Below, one piece after another: positions 27,028 to 39,900 of a DNA stretch of 64,000 nucleotides (positions within the stretch are counted from its first letter, which is position 1; every line of letters starts with the position of its first letter). The position numbers and the translations under genes were made by a program. The notes beneath the pieces are model-generated. The model worked only from the letters and a program-made list of their open reading frames with translations. It was not told the origin of the DNA and did not search any database. Source of the stretch: Eledone cirrhosa (lineage: Eukaryota); the NCBI GenBank assembly GCA_964016885.1, contig OZ024752.1, positions 6,944,001-7,008,000 of the forward strand. The letters are read 5' to 3'.

Positions 27028-28352
27028 ATGAAACAACTTGCTTAAGAACTCAATACACCACAGACCAGGAATGAAACAACTTGCTTAAGAACTCAATACA
27101 CCACAGACCAGGAATGAAACAACTTGCTTAAGAACTCAATACACCACAGACCAGGAATGAAATAACTTGCTTAAGAACTCAATACATCACAGACCAGGAA
27201 TGAAACAACTTGCTTAAGAATTCAATACACCACAGACCAGGAATGAAACAACTTGCTTAAGAACTCAATACACCACAGACCAGGAATGAAACAACTTGCT
27301 TAAGAACTCAATACATCACAGACCAGGAATGAAACAACTTGCTTAAGAATTCAATACACCACAGACCAGGAATGAAACAACTTGCTTAAGAACTCAATAG
27401 ACCACAGACCAGGAATGAAACAACTTGCTTAAGAACTCAATACACCACAGACCAGGAATGAAACAACTTGCTTAAGAACTCAATACACCACAGACCAGGA
27501 ATGAAACAACTTGCTTAAGAACTCAATACACCACAGACCAGGAATGAAACAACTTGCTTAAGAACTCAATACATCACAGACCAGGAATGAAACAACTTGC
27601 TTAAGAATTCAATACATCACAGACCAGGAATGAAACAACTTGCTTAAGAACTCAATACACCACAGACCAGGAATGAAACAACTTGCTTAAGAACTCAATA
27701 CATCACAGACCAGGAATGAAACAACTTGCTTAAGAATTCAATACATCACAGACCAGGAATGAAACAACTTGCTTAAGAATTCAATACATCACAGACCAGG
27801 AATGAAACAACTTGCTTAAGAATTCAATACATCACAGACCAGGAATGAAACAACTTGCTTAAGAATTCAATACATCACAGACCAGGAATGAAACAACTTG
27901 CTTAAGAACTCAATACACCACAGACCAGGAATGAAACAACTTGCTTAAGAACTCAATACACCACAGACCAGGAATGAAACAACTTGCTTAAGAACTCAAT
28001 ACACCACAGACCAGGAATGAAACAACTTGCTTAAGAACTCAATACACCACAGACCAGGAATGAAACAACTTGCTTAAGAACTCAATAGACCACAGACCAG
28101 GAATGAAACAACTTGCTTAAGAACTCAATACACCACAGACCAGGAATGAAACAACTTGCTTAAGAACTCAATACACCACAGACCAGGAATGAAACAACTT
28201 GCTTAAGAACTCAATACACCACAGACCAGGAATGAAACAACTTGCTTAAGAACTCAATACACCACAGACCAGGAATGAAACAACTTGCTTAAGAACTCAA
28301 TACACCACAGACCAGGAATGAAACAACTTGCTTAAGAACTCAATACACCACA
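27028..28352. repeat. 43-bp satellite, about 30 copies
   Basis: Unit GAAACAACTTGCTTAAGAACTCAATACACCACAGACCAGGAAT. Confidence 0.97.
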
Positions 28353-28457
28353 CCATCCAACAATGACACAGCCCCCCCCCCCCCCCTAAATCCGGCCCTG
28401 GCTGGGCTGGAGAGGAGTTGTCAAACCTATGCAAGCATGGAAAACTGAATGGATAAG

Positions 28458-28926
28458 GATGATGATGGTGGCGGTGGTGGTGTGGTGGTGGCAGTGTGGT
28501 GGTGGCGGTGTGGTGGTGGCGGTGTGGTGATGGTGGTGGTGATGATGGTGGTGGTGGTGGTGGTGGTAGTGGTGGTGGTGGTGGTGGTGGTGACGGTGGT
28601 GGTGGTGTGGTGGTGGTGGTGGTGGTGGTGGTGATGATGATGATGGTGATGGTGGTGGTGGTGATGATGGTGGTGGTGGTGGTGGTGATGATGGTGGTGG
28701 TGGTGGTGGTGATGGAGGTGATGGTGGTGGTGGTGATGGAGGTGATGATGGTGGTGGTGATGGTGGTGGTGGTGGTGATGGTGATGATGGTGGTGATGGT
28801 GGTGGTGGTGATGGAGGTGATGATGGTGATGGTGGTGATGGTGATGATGGTGGTGATGGTGGTGATGATGGTGATGATCATGGTGATGATCATGGTGATG
28901 ATGGTGATCATGATTGTGATGATGAT
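28458..28926. repeat. (GGT)n/(GAT)n microsatellite
   Basis: Direct inspection; the poly-His, poly-Thr and poly-Val ORFs are artefacts. Confidence 0.95.
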
Positions 28927-29788
28927 CTAATTTGGTACTGCACAATTGGAACCAAAACTATGGCGCTAAAATTGATAACTAATGATTTCTTTAGACACGG
29001 CATTGGACCAATTCTTGTAGAAGATTGATATAAGTTATTGAACTGACTTCACAGGATGCTGCTGCTGCTGCTGCTGTTGGTGCTACTGCTGCTGTTCGTT
29101 AGATGTTTGTTCTATATTCTGATCCAGTTATTAAACTGTTTCATAGATAAATGTTTCCTTTCTATCTTTTGTCCAACTACAATTGTTACAACCACAAAGA
29201 TTAGTGAATACCCCCCCCCCCCCGACAATTGTCTCTCCGCCATACAAAGCTTCCATACAATTCCTACTTCCATTGATATCTCAGGCTGACTTTATAGTTC
29301 ACACTCACAAAGAAGACAGTTTGTCTCTAATAAAATAACCACAATTCATTACACCTCCTCTTCCTCACAACATTTATTTTTATATTCTTTTACTGGTTTC
29401 ACTTGTAAGACTGTGGCCATGCTGGGGCACTACACTGAAGACATTTTTGTCAATCATATCAACCCCGGGACTTTTTTTTTTTTTTTTTTACAAGTATTTT
29501 AGTGATCTCTTTTTGTCATAAAGCAAAATTACGGAGCATAATCATTGAACACACACACATACACACATACACACACACATATGGTCGTGTAAAAGATACG
29601 GCAAAAAGCACCCAACACACACTGTCAATGTGGTTGGCATTAGGAAAAGCTTCCAGTTATAGAAAACCAGCCAGAAACACTCCTATATGAGCAAGACACG
29701 GGCACTGGACATAACTTGTCTCTAAATGGGACAAACCCATCTAATCCATGCTAGCGGGGAAGATGGACGTTAAACGATGATGATGATG

Positions 29789-29820
<32 letters not shown>

Positions 29821-29899
29821 CTACAGTTATAGGTGGTACACTGATCAAAGCACTCAATACTGTTAAGAGGTTCATCTCATGTTGGATTATATTCCAGAA

Positions 29900-30127
29900 T
29901 TAACCCTTTAGCAATCACATTATTTTATATATACTATTATATTTTCATGGTAAAGGCTTTACCTCACATAATTATCTCACATAATATCGAATCTATGAGA
30001 TTTTGAAAGTATTTATTTTGAGAACAATACCTTAACATCAGTTTGAGCAACCAGTTACAGCCAGTTTCAACAGAAAGGGGTAGAGAATTCTGGCCGGTTT
30101 TGGCCAGTTTGAACACTAAAGGGTTAA
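29900..30127 (+). mobile_element. piggyBac-type MITE, family M1
   Basis: TTAACCCTTTAG...CTAAAGGGTTAA; internal homology to 26682-26897. Confidence 0.88.
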
Positions 30128-30389
30128 GGTGACTTTAGTGTGGAGAGTGTAAAGTAGAATCGAAGTCACTGTTGCCACATATATATAAAACTTATTGTCA
30201 TATTACATTAGGTTCAATATCAATCAGCTCAAGGTACAATCATAATGATCGGGCCTGACTCTTCCTTGACATCTGATAAATATAGATCATTGATCTATAT
30301 TTATCATTGATCTCAGTAGGTAAATAGGACTTGCTGAAGGAAAGGTGGAGAATAGTTCTTATTTGTTGAACGGGAAGAATTATGTATGC

Positions 30390-32481
30390 TTGGTAAGGTA
30401 GAGGTGTTGGTAAGGTAGAGGTGTTGGTAAGACAGAGGTGTTGGTAAGGTAGAGGTGTTGGTAAGACAGAAGTGTTGGTAAGACAGAGGTGTTGGTAAGA
30501 CAGAGGTCTTGGTAAGACAGAGGTGTTGCTAAGACAGAGGTCTTGGTAAGACAGAGGTGTTGGTAAGACAGAGGTGTTGGTAAGACAGAGGTGTTGGTAA
30601 GACAGAGGTGTTGGTAAGACAGAGGTGTTGGTAAGACAGAGGTGTTGGTAAGGTAGAAGTGTTGGTAAGACAGAGGTGTTGGTAAGACAGAGGTCTTGGT
30701 AAGACAGAGGTGTTGGTAAGACAGAGGTGTTGGTAAGACAGAGGTGTTGGTAAGGTAGAAGTGTTGGTAAGACAGAGGTGTTGGTAAGACAGAGGTCTTG
30801 GTAAGACAGAGGTCTTGGTAAGACAGAGGTGTTGGTAAGACAGAGGTGTTGGTAAGACAGAGGTGTTGGTAAGACAGAGGTGTTGGTAAGACAGAAGTGT
30901 TGGTAAGACAGAAGTGTTGGTAAGACAGAGGTGTTGGTAAGACAGAGGTGTTGGTAAGACAGAGGTGTTGGTAAGACAGAGGTGTTGGTAAGACAGAGGT
31001 GTTGGTAAGACAGAGGTGTTGGTAAGACAGAGGTGTTGGTAAGACAGAGGTGTTGGTAAGACAGAGGTGTTGGTAAGACAGAGGTGTTGGTAAGGTAGAA
31101 GTGTTGGTAAGGTAGAAGTGTTGGTAAGACAGAGGTGTTGGTAAGACAGAGGTCTTGGTAAGACAGAGGTGTTGGTAAGACAGAGGTGTTGGTAAGACAG
31201 AGGTGTTGGTAAGACAGAGGTGTTGGTAAGACAGAGGTGTTGGTAAGGTAGAAGTGTTGGTAAGACAGAAGTGTTGGTAAGACAGAGGTGTTGGTAAGAC
31301 AGAGGTGTTGGTAAGACAGAGGTGTTGGTAAGACAGAGGTGTTGGTAAGACAGAGGTGTTGGTAAGACAGAGGTGTTGGTAAGACAGAGGTGTTGGTAAG
31401 ACAGAGGTCTTGGTAAGACAGGTGTTGGTAAGACAGAGGTGTTGGTAAGACAGAGGTGTTGGTAAGACAGAGGTCTTGGTAAGACAGGTGTTGGTAAGAC
31501 AGAGGTGTTGGTAAGACAGAGGTCTTGGTAAGACAGAGGTGTTGGTAAGACAGAAGTGTTGGTAAGGTAGAAGTGTTGGTAAGACAGAAGTGTTGGTAAG
31601 ACAGAGGTCTTGGTAAGACAGAGGTGTTGGTAAGACAGAGGTGTTGGTAAGACAGAGGTGTTGGTAAGACAGAGGTGTTGGTAAGACAGAGGTGTTGGTA
31701 AGACAGAGGTGTTGGTAAGACAGAGGTGTTGGTAAGACAGAGGTGTTGGTAAGACAGAGGTCTTGGTAAGACAGAGGTGTTGGTAAGACAGAAGTGTTGG
31801 TAAGGCAGAGGTGTTGGTAAGACAGAGGTCTTGGTAAGACAGAGGTGTTGGTAAGACAGAGGTGTTGGTAAGACAGAGGTCTTGGTAAGACAGAGGTCTT
31901 GGTAAGACAGAGGTGTTGGTAAGACAGAGGTGTTGGTAAGACAGGTGTTGGTAAGACAGAGGTGTTGGTAAGACAGAAGTGTTGGTAAGACAGAAGTGTT
32001 GGTAAGGTAGAAGTGTTGGTAAGACAGAGGTGTTGGTAAGACAGAAGTGTTGGTAAGACAGAGGTGTTGGTAAGACAGAAGTGTTGGTAAGACAGAGGTG
32101 TTGGTAAGACAGAAGTGTTGGTAAGACAGAGGTGTTGGTAAGACAGAAGTGTTGGTAAGGTAGAAGTGTTGGTAAGACAGAGGTGTTGGTAAGACAGAAG
32201 TGTTGGTAAGACAGAGGTGTTGGTAAGACAGAAGTGTTGGTAAGGTAGAGGTGTTGGTAAGACAGAGGTCTTGGTAAGGCAGAGGTGTTGGTAAGACAGA
32301 GGTGTTGGTAAGACAGAGGTGTTGGTAAGACAGAGGTGTTGGTAAGGCAGAGGTGTTGGTAAGACAGAGGTGTTGGTAAGACAGAGGTGTTGGTAAGACA
32401 GAGGTGTTGGTAAGACAGAGGTGTTGGTAAGACAGAGGTGTTGGTAAGACAGAGGTGTTGGTAAAACAGAGGTGTTGGTAA
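30390..32481. repeat. 17-bp minisatellite GTGTTGGTAAGACAGAG
   Basis: About 120 copies; the minus strand contains no stop triplet, which creates the 715-aa ORF. Confidence 0.97.
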
Positions 32482-33096
32482 AGAAATACTGCTGTGTTAT
32501 GTGAGTAGAGGAAGAAGGTTTGAACATCAGTTCTTCATATTTTATAAATAAAAAACACAGGAGAGTGTGTGTTCATATTTGCTCCATGCGTTCTCTCTGC
32601 TGTCAAGCACCATAAATTGAACAGTATAGGCTGCCATTTCTAGCAGCTTGTTCTGTTCATACCACCGGTCACTGCCTCGTGCACGTATTTCCCTTCTCTT
32701 TACACGTGCGACAGGTGGTTTACTATAGTTCTCTCTCTCTAGTATTGCGGACAATATCAGTCATTCCACATCCTGATGGCCCACTAAGCCGAATTGGAAC
32801 CCACTAAATGACGAAACAATCACCTGGTGAGTTTGTACATGTGTGATTTAGTTATGAGGTTGGTTTCTCATTTTAATTTATACTTTTTATAATGTTTTTC
32901 CTACACCTCTCTTAGCTTATAATATCTTCACACTGGTGGTTTAAAATCCTGTAAATGAAAAAACACACTCTGTGTTTTTCCCCTCTATATATTGTATTTT
33001 AAAGTGCCCAGGAAAACTCCTTCCTTTGAGCTCATTGAATTACAGGATTATACACGAGTACTTTACTCCATTATTTTACTTGATATATATATATAT

Positions 33097-33233
33097 AACG
33101 AAGGAAATGTGGTAAGGAACCAGATGGACCATAACGCACCAAAGTACTCAATACTTAGGGTAGTAGAGTGGGTAATAGGAATGAGTAGGACTCCGACGGC
33201 TGAGCTCAAGCTGTTTCGACGGCTAATTCTGGA

Positions 33234-33306
<73 letters not shown>

Positions 33307-33847
33307 AGGGAGTGTAACTTGAAGTTACTGTAGGTTCACCCAGGTGAGCACTCGATGTTTAGGTTCACGTCAGTGGCGAGGTGTAGAGCTAGACAGAGGG
33401 TAATATAATAATACAAGGACAAATGGTTATTCCATTACATTTATTGGTTGATGACTCACATTTCACTATTGATCAGCTCAAGGTTCGATCTGTATCGATG
33501 TAGCCCGACTCTAATCAATAGCTTGTTGAACCTCTGTGGTAGTAATGACAGAATGAATATGCATGGAGTACGAAAAAATCTAATGTCCATATGTTGGTCA
33601 GTGAAAATTGTTTTGATTGGTGGGTTAATTACAAGGAGTTTTTTCACCTGTAGTGTAGGTGGGGTAAATTCAGTTAGATTCCCGCTGTTCTAATACTGTT
33701 GACGTAGTTCGGATCTAGCTGTCAAAACTGCCAGAGCTCAGCCGTCGGGGTCCTGACTCTTTTCATATTACCCACTCTACTACCCTAAGTATCGAGTGCT
33801 CTAGTGCATTATGGTCCACCTGGTTCCTTACCACACTTTCTTTGTTT
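33097..33847. mobile_element. Cluster of PLE-like termini: family P at 33097-33236 (-) and 33712-33847 (+), plus an unrelated fragment at about 33305-33700
   Basis: Homology to other family P copies; AGCACTC at 33347; (TA)n junctions. Confidence 0.65.
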
Positions 33848-33874
33848 TATATATATAAACAAACATCCACTCAA

Positions 33875-33928
<54 letters not shown>

Positions 33929-34544
33929 TTGAGTGGATGTTTGTTTATATATATATTTAGACTCCAGTTTGCGAGGGCCTTTATGATATTTTGGGAATCC
34001 CACTCCTACCTGAACAATAATAAAATAGTAATAAAAGACAATATTATTTATTAATACAGCTGAGCTACAAAGATGTTAGATTCTGAAATACTTTAGATAA
34101 GGAATCAGTGATTATTTTAATTTCTTTTTACTGTTTAATGAGGAAAGAGTTGATGATTTCACAGCCTCCAAGACTGGTGGTAGGTAGGGAGGAAGGTACC
34201 CTCAAACTGTAGATCTGGTCTGACTGCAACAGAGTGGACTCTGCTACAGGCACCCAAGGGCCAGTAATGGTGGTAATGATAAACTCTCAATTAAATCCTG
34301 CTAAAGTCAACTTTTCCTTTTATTTAGAATTTCAAGGGTGGTAGTTAAGTTGACTTCAACAAGGTTTGAACTCAATGTAAAAAGTATGAAAAATGCCTAA
34401 GATATTTTGTCTGATATATCATTGATTTCATGATTCTCCCTAACAACAGCAACAACAGTATCAACAATAACAATGTTAAAACATGAATAAAATGTATTCT
34501 TCTTCAATAGAAATAAAATTGAAACTTAGAAACCTAACTTAAAC

Positions 34545-34615
34545 CTTCAGCCTGGTCAATTATCTCCTCATAAGATTTTAAATACTGCTCCACTGGCAAC
34601 AACAGAAATGGTTTT
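34545..34615 (-). CDS. Candidate exon (KPFLLLPVEQYLKSYEEIIDQAE)
   Basis: TAG acceptor, GT donor, 71 nt open frame; phase-compatible with 35918-35960. Confidence 0.4.
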
Positions 34616-34727
34616 CTATAGACATATACACATGTGTATACATATATATACACATGTGTATACATATATATACTTAACATATACCGCACATATAAATATA
34701 CACATATAAACATACGCGCATAAACGT

Positions 34728-34791
<64 letters not shown>

Positions 34792-35179
34792 GTGTGCACA
34801 TACGCATATACATGTACACATATAAATACATAAACATATCCATATATATATATATATATACACATACACACACATATATACACACACACACATATATATA
34901 TACACACACGCACACACACACATATATACAGACACACATAAATACATATATAAATACACAGTTGCATAGAAATTAAAAAAGGTGGGCGGGAGGAGGGGGG
35001 ATATAAATAATTTCCTGAAAAGTTTTCGCAAAAGATTATTTATCTATTCTAAATGTGTACAAATATAAAGATAGAATATTATTAAGTTAAATTTTCTGAC
35101 TGTCTGGCATTCTGTTGAGAAATTAAATAAAAGTTTATAAATAACGACAGATAAATATAAACCTAGAGAAAGCTGGTAT

Positions 35180-35512
35180 ATCATCATCATCATCGTTTAA
35201 CGTCCATCTTCTACATTATCATCGGTCAGACGGGTTTGTCCCATTTAGAGGCAAGTTGGGTCAGGTGACTGTGTCTCACTCATATAGGACTGTTTCTGGT
35301 GGGTTTTCTACGGCTGGATGCCCTTCCTGGTGCCAACCACGTTTACAGTGTGGACTGGATACTTTTTGTCATGACACCTACGCAACCACTTTACAGTGTG
35401 GGCTGGATGTTTACGTTCATTTTCCTTGCTAGCATGGGTTAGACGGGTTGTTCTGTTGTGGGCAATGCTAGGTCAGATGACCATGTCTTGCTCATACAGA
35501 ACTGATTCTGGC
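35180..35512 (-). mobile_element. RTE-3'-UTR-related short elements (two partial units)
   Basis: (CAT)n tail and GGCTGGATGCCCTTCC motif. Confidence 0.75.
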
Positions 35513-35515
35513 TTG

Positions 35516-35741
35516 GTACAATTTGGTAGAAATATATAAAGAGCAAAGGATGACAAACAAAACAAAAGAAATATTTTACCCAGAATATTTCAGGGCAAAT
35601 ACCCTCTTTTCAAATGGGAAATGGGAATGGCTCAAAATAAACTGGTCTGAAATGAGGGCAATGCTGAAATATACTGGGTAAACCATTTGTTTAGTTTTAT
35701 TTCTCATCCTTTGCCCTTTATATATTCCTACCTCATTGTAC
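35516..35741. mobile_element. Old fold-back/MITE-like imperfect palindrome
   Basis: GTACAAT..GGTAGAAATATATAAAGAGCAAAGGATGA pairs with TCATCCTTTGCCCTTTATATATTCCTACC..ATTGTAC; pairing continues inward. Confidence 0.65.
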
Positions 35742-35917
35742 AGGTTTTCTGAAATACTTATCAGTCATTTATAAACCTAGAGATTTTACTGTCCACATAA
35801 ATTGAGAGATTGATGGTTGCAAACACAAAATCCTTCCCTACATTACCCAGTGGTTACCTCTCTCCCTTTAAGATCACCTCCATAACCTGACACTCCTTCT
35901 CCCACTATAATCAATAC

Positions 35918-35960
35918 CTCTCCAGAGCTGGGGCCATGATAAAATTGCATGCAGCCCTCT
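35918..35960 (-). CDS. Candidate exon (RAACNFIMAPALE)
   Basis: TCTTTACAG acceptor, AG/GTATTG donor, 43 nt; ends in phase 2 and joins 34615 as AG+A = Arg. Confidence 0.4.
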
Positions 35961-36232
35961 CTGTAAAGATGTATTGTTAGTGCTACGACGAAAATCACAA
36001 AGTCTGAACTGTACTAGAGCCAGAGTTGCTATAAAATGCTTCCAGTACAGGCTGTAAAGTGGTTGGTGTTAGGAAGGGCATCCAACTGTAGAAACTCCCC
36101 AAATGGAATGTATGTTGAGCTGATAAATAAAATCTATTTATATATATATATGTGTGTGTGTGTGTGTATATATATATATACACACATAAACACACACAAA
36201 TAAATAAAGATAAATAAAAATGTATATATGTA

Positions 36233-36263
<31 letters not shown>

Positions 36264-36438
36264 CAGTCCACACTGTAAATGTGGTTGGTGTTAGGAAGGG
36301 CATCCAGCCAAACATGCAAGATACAGTCCTATATGAGCGAGACATGGTCACCCAATCAATCTTGCCTCAAGTGGGACAATTCTTGTCTAACCCATGCTAG
36401 CGTGGAAGAAAGACATTAAACGATGATGATAGATATAG

Positions 36439-36477
<39 letters not shown>

Positions 36478-36913
36478 TACAAAATTTTATTAATAAATAA
36501 ATAATAATCCAGCAGCAAAAACAAAATGGAGACAAAATGAAAAGAGACAAGAGGAAAATGTAAATTATATCTGCACCAAATTCCAGAGTCATTATCAAAG
36601 AGAACATTGAAAGAGGATACAGACAGCAATACATTTGAAAAACATTTCAGTAAACATCTTGAAATTAAATTAAATCTATATCTTGTGTATCTTCTCTTAA
36701 TGTAGACATCTTTTGTGTGAGATCTGCTATCAATCTTTATATTTATGTCTTAACCCTTTCCATGCCAACATAAACAAAACTCTGCTGCTTCAATCAAACA
36801 AAACCATTAAAACTAAATCCTTTCAACATATTTTTATATAAGAACCATATGTTTAGTTATTATCATAGTAATGAAATAAATAATAATTTTAGTAAATCCC
36901 TCTAAATTCTTCA

Positions 36914-39900
36914 TTAACTCTTTACCATTTACATTACTCTATAATACTATTGTATTTTCACAGTAAAGGCTTTACCTCACATAATATCTCACAACATTTA
37001 CATTACTCTATATATATACTATTGTATTTTCACAGTAAGGGCTTTACCTCACATAATATCTCACATAACATTTACATTACTCTATATATATATTGTATTT
37101 TCACAGTAAGGGCTTTACCTCACATAATATCTCACAACATTTACATTACTCTATATATACTATTGTATTTTCACAGTAAAGGCTTTACCTCACATACTAT
37201 CTCACATAACATTTACATTACTCTATATATACTATTGTATTTTCACAGTAAAGACTTTACCTCACATAATATCTCACATAACATTTACATTACTCTCTAT
37301 ATATATACTATTGTATTTTCACAGTAAGGGCTTTACCTCACATAATATCTCACAACATTTACATTACTCTATATATACTATTGTATTTTCACAGTAAAGG
37401 CTTTACCTTACATAATATCTCACATAACATTTACATTACTCTATATATATACTATTGTATTTCCACAGTAAGGGCTTTACCTCACATAATACCTCACATA
37501 ACATTTACATTACTCTATATATATACTATTGTATTTTCACAGTAAAAGCTTTACCTCACATAATACCTCACATAACATTTACATTACTCTATATATATAC
37601 TATTGTATTTTCACAGTAAAGGCTTTACCTCACATAATATCTCACATAACATTTACGTTACTCTATATATATACTATTGTATTTTCACAGTAAGGGCTTT
37701 ACCTCACATAATACCTCACATAACATTTACATTACTCTATATATATACTATTGTATTTTCACAGTAAAGGCTTTACCTCACATAATACCTCACATAACAT
37801 TTACATTACTCTATATATATACTATTGTATTTTCACAGTAAAGGCTTTACCTCACATAATATCTCACATAACATTTACATTACTCTATATTTACTATTGT
37901 ATTTTCACAGTAAGGGCTTTACCTCACATAACATTTACATTACTCTATATTTACTATTGTATTTTCACAGTAAAGGCTTTACCTCACATAATATCTCACA
38001 TAACATTTACATTACTCTATATTTACTATTGTATTTTCACAGTAAGGGCTTTACCTCACATAACATTTACATTACTCTATATTTACTATTGTATTTTCAC
38101 AGTAAAGGCTTTACCTCACATAATATCTCACATAACATTTACATTACTCTATATTTACTATTGTATTTTCACAGTAAGGGCTTTACCTCACATAATATCT
38201 CACATAACATTTACATTACTCTATATTTACTATTGTATTTTCACAGTAAGCGCTTTACCTCACATAATATCTCACATAACATTTACATTACTCTATATTT
38301 ACTATTGTATTTTCACAGTAAGGGCTTTACCTCACATAATATCTCACATAACATTTACATTACTCTATATTTACTATTGTATTTTCACAGTAAGGGCTTT
38401 ACCTCACATAATATCTCACATAACATTTACATTACTCTATATTTACTATTGTATTTTCACAGTAAGCGCTTTACCTCACATAATATCTCACATAACATTT
38501 ACATTACTCTATATTTACTATTGTATTTTCACAGTAAGGGCTTTACCTCACATAATATCTCACATAACATTTACATTACTCTATATTTACTATTGTATTT
38601 TCACAGTAAGGGCTTTACCTCACATAATATCTCACATAACATTTACATTACTCTATATTTACTATTGTATTTTCACAGTAAGCGCTTTACCTCACATAAT
38701 ATCTCACATAACATTTACATTACTCTATATTTACTATTGTATTTTCACAGTAAGCGCTTTACCTCACATAATATCTCACATAACATTTACATTACTCTAT
38801 ATATACTATTGTATTTTCACAGTAAAGACTTTACCTCACATAATATCTCACATAACATTTACATTACTCTCTATATATATACTATTGTATTTTCACAGTA
38901 AGGGCTTTACCTCACATAATATCTCACAACATTTACATTACTCTATATATACTATTGTATTTTCACAGTAAAGGCTTTACCTTACATAATATCTCACATA
39001 ACATTTACATTACTCTATATATATACTATTGTATTTCCACAGTAAGGGCTTTACCTCACATAATACCTCACATAACATTTACATTACTCTATATATATAC
39101 TATTGTATTTTCACAGTAAGGGCTTTACCTCACAAAATACCTCACATAACATTTACATTACTCTATATATATACTATTGTATTTTCACAGTAAAAGCTTT
39201 ACCTCACATAATACCTCACATAACATTTACATTACTCTATATATATACTATTGTATTTTCACAGTAAAGGCTTTACCTCACATAATATCTCACATAACAT
39301 TTACGTTACTCTATATATATACTATTGTATTTTCACAGTAAGGGCTTTACCTCACATAATACCTCACATAACATTTACATTACTCTATATATATACTATT
39401 GTATTTTCACAGTAAAGGCTTTACCTCACATAATACCTCACATAACATTTACATTACTCTATATATATACTATTGTATTTTCACAGTAAAGGCTTTACCT
39501 CACATAATATCTCACATAACATTTACATTACTCTATATTTACTATTGTATTTTCACAGTAAAGGCTTTACCTCACATAATATCTCACATAACATTTACAT
39601 TACTCTATATTTACTATTGTATTTTCACAGTAAGGGCTTTACCTCACATAACATTTACATTACTCTATATTTACTATTGTATTTTCACAGTAAAGGCTTT
39701 ACCTCACATAATATCTCACATAACATTTACATTACTCTATATTTACTATTGTATTTTCACAGTAAGGGCTTTACCTCACATAACATTTACATTACTCTAT
39801 ATTTACTATTGTATTTTCACAGTAAAGGCTTTACCTCACATAATATCTCACATAACATTTACATTACTCTATATTTACTATTGTATTTTCACAGTAAGGG

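Noticed and set aside
27028-28352. CRISPR-like regular repeat
   Set aside because: Head-to-tail units with no unique spacers, no cas genes, eukaryotic context; the same applies to the other arrays.
28297-28945. Poly-His, poly-Thr and poly-Pro ORFs
   Set aside because: Trinucleotide microsatellite.
30274-30307. 16-bp-arm perfect hairpin TGATAAATATAGATCA-T-TGATCTATATTTATCA
   Set aside because: Isolated and AT-rich, with no ribozyme core or second copy; probably a local template-switch product.
30380-32527. 715-aa repetitive ORF
   Set aside because: The 17-bp unit has no stop triplet on the minus strand and cycles through all three frames, so it is not a codon-based repeat.
32542-32754. 70-aa non-repetitive ORF
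   Set aside because: Non-ATG start, no recognisable motif and no convincing splice sites.
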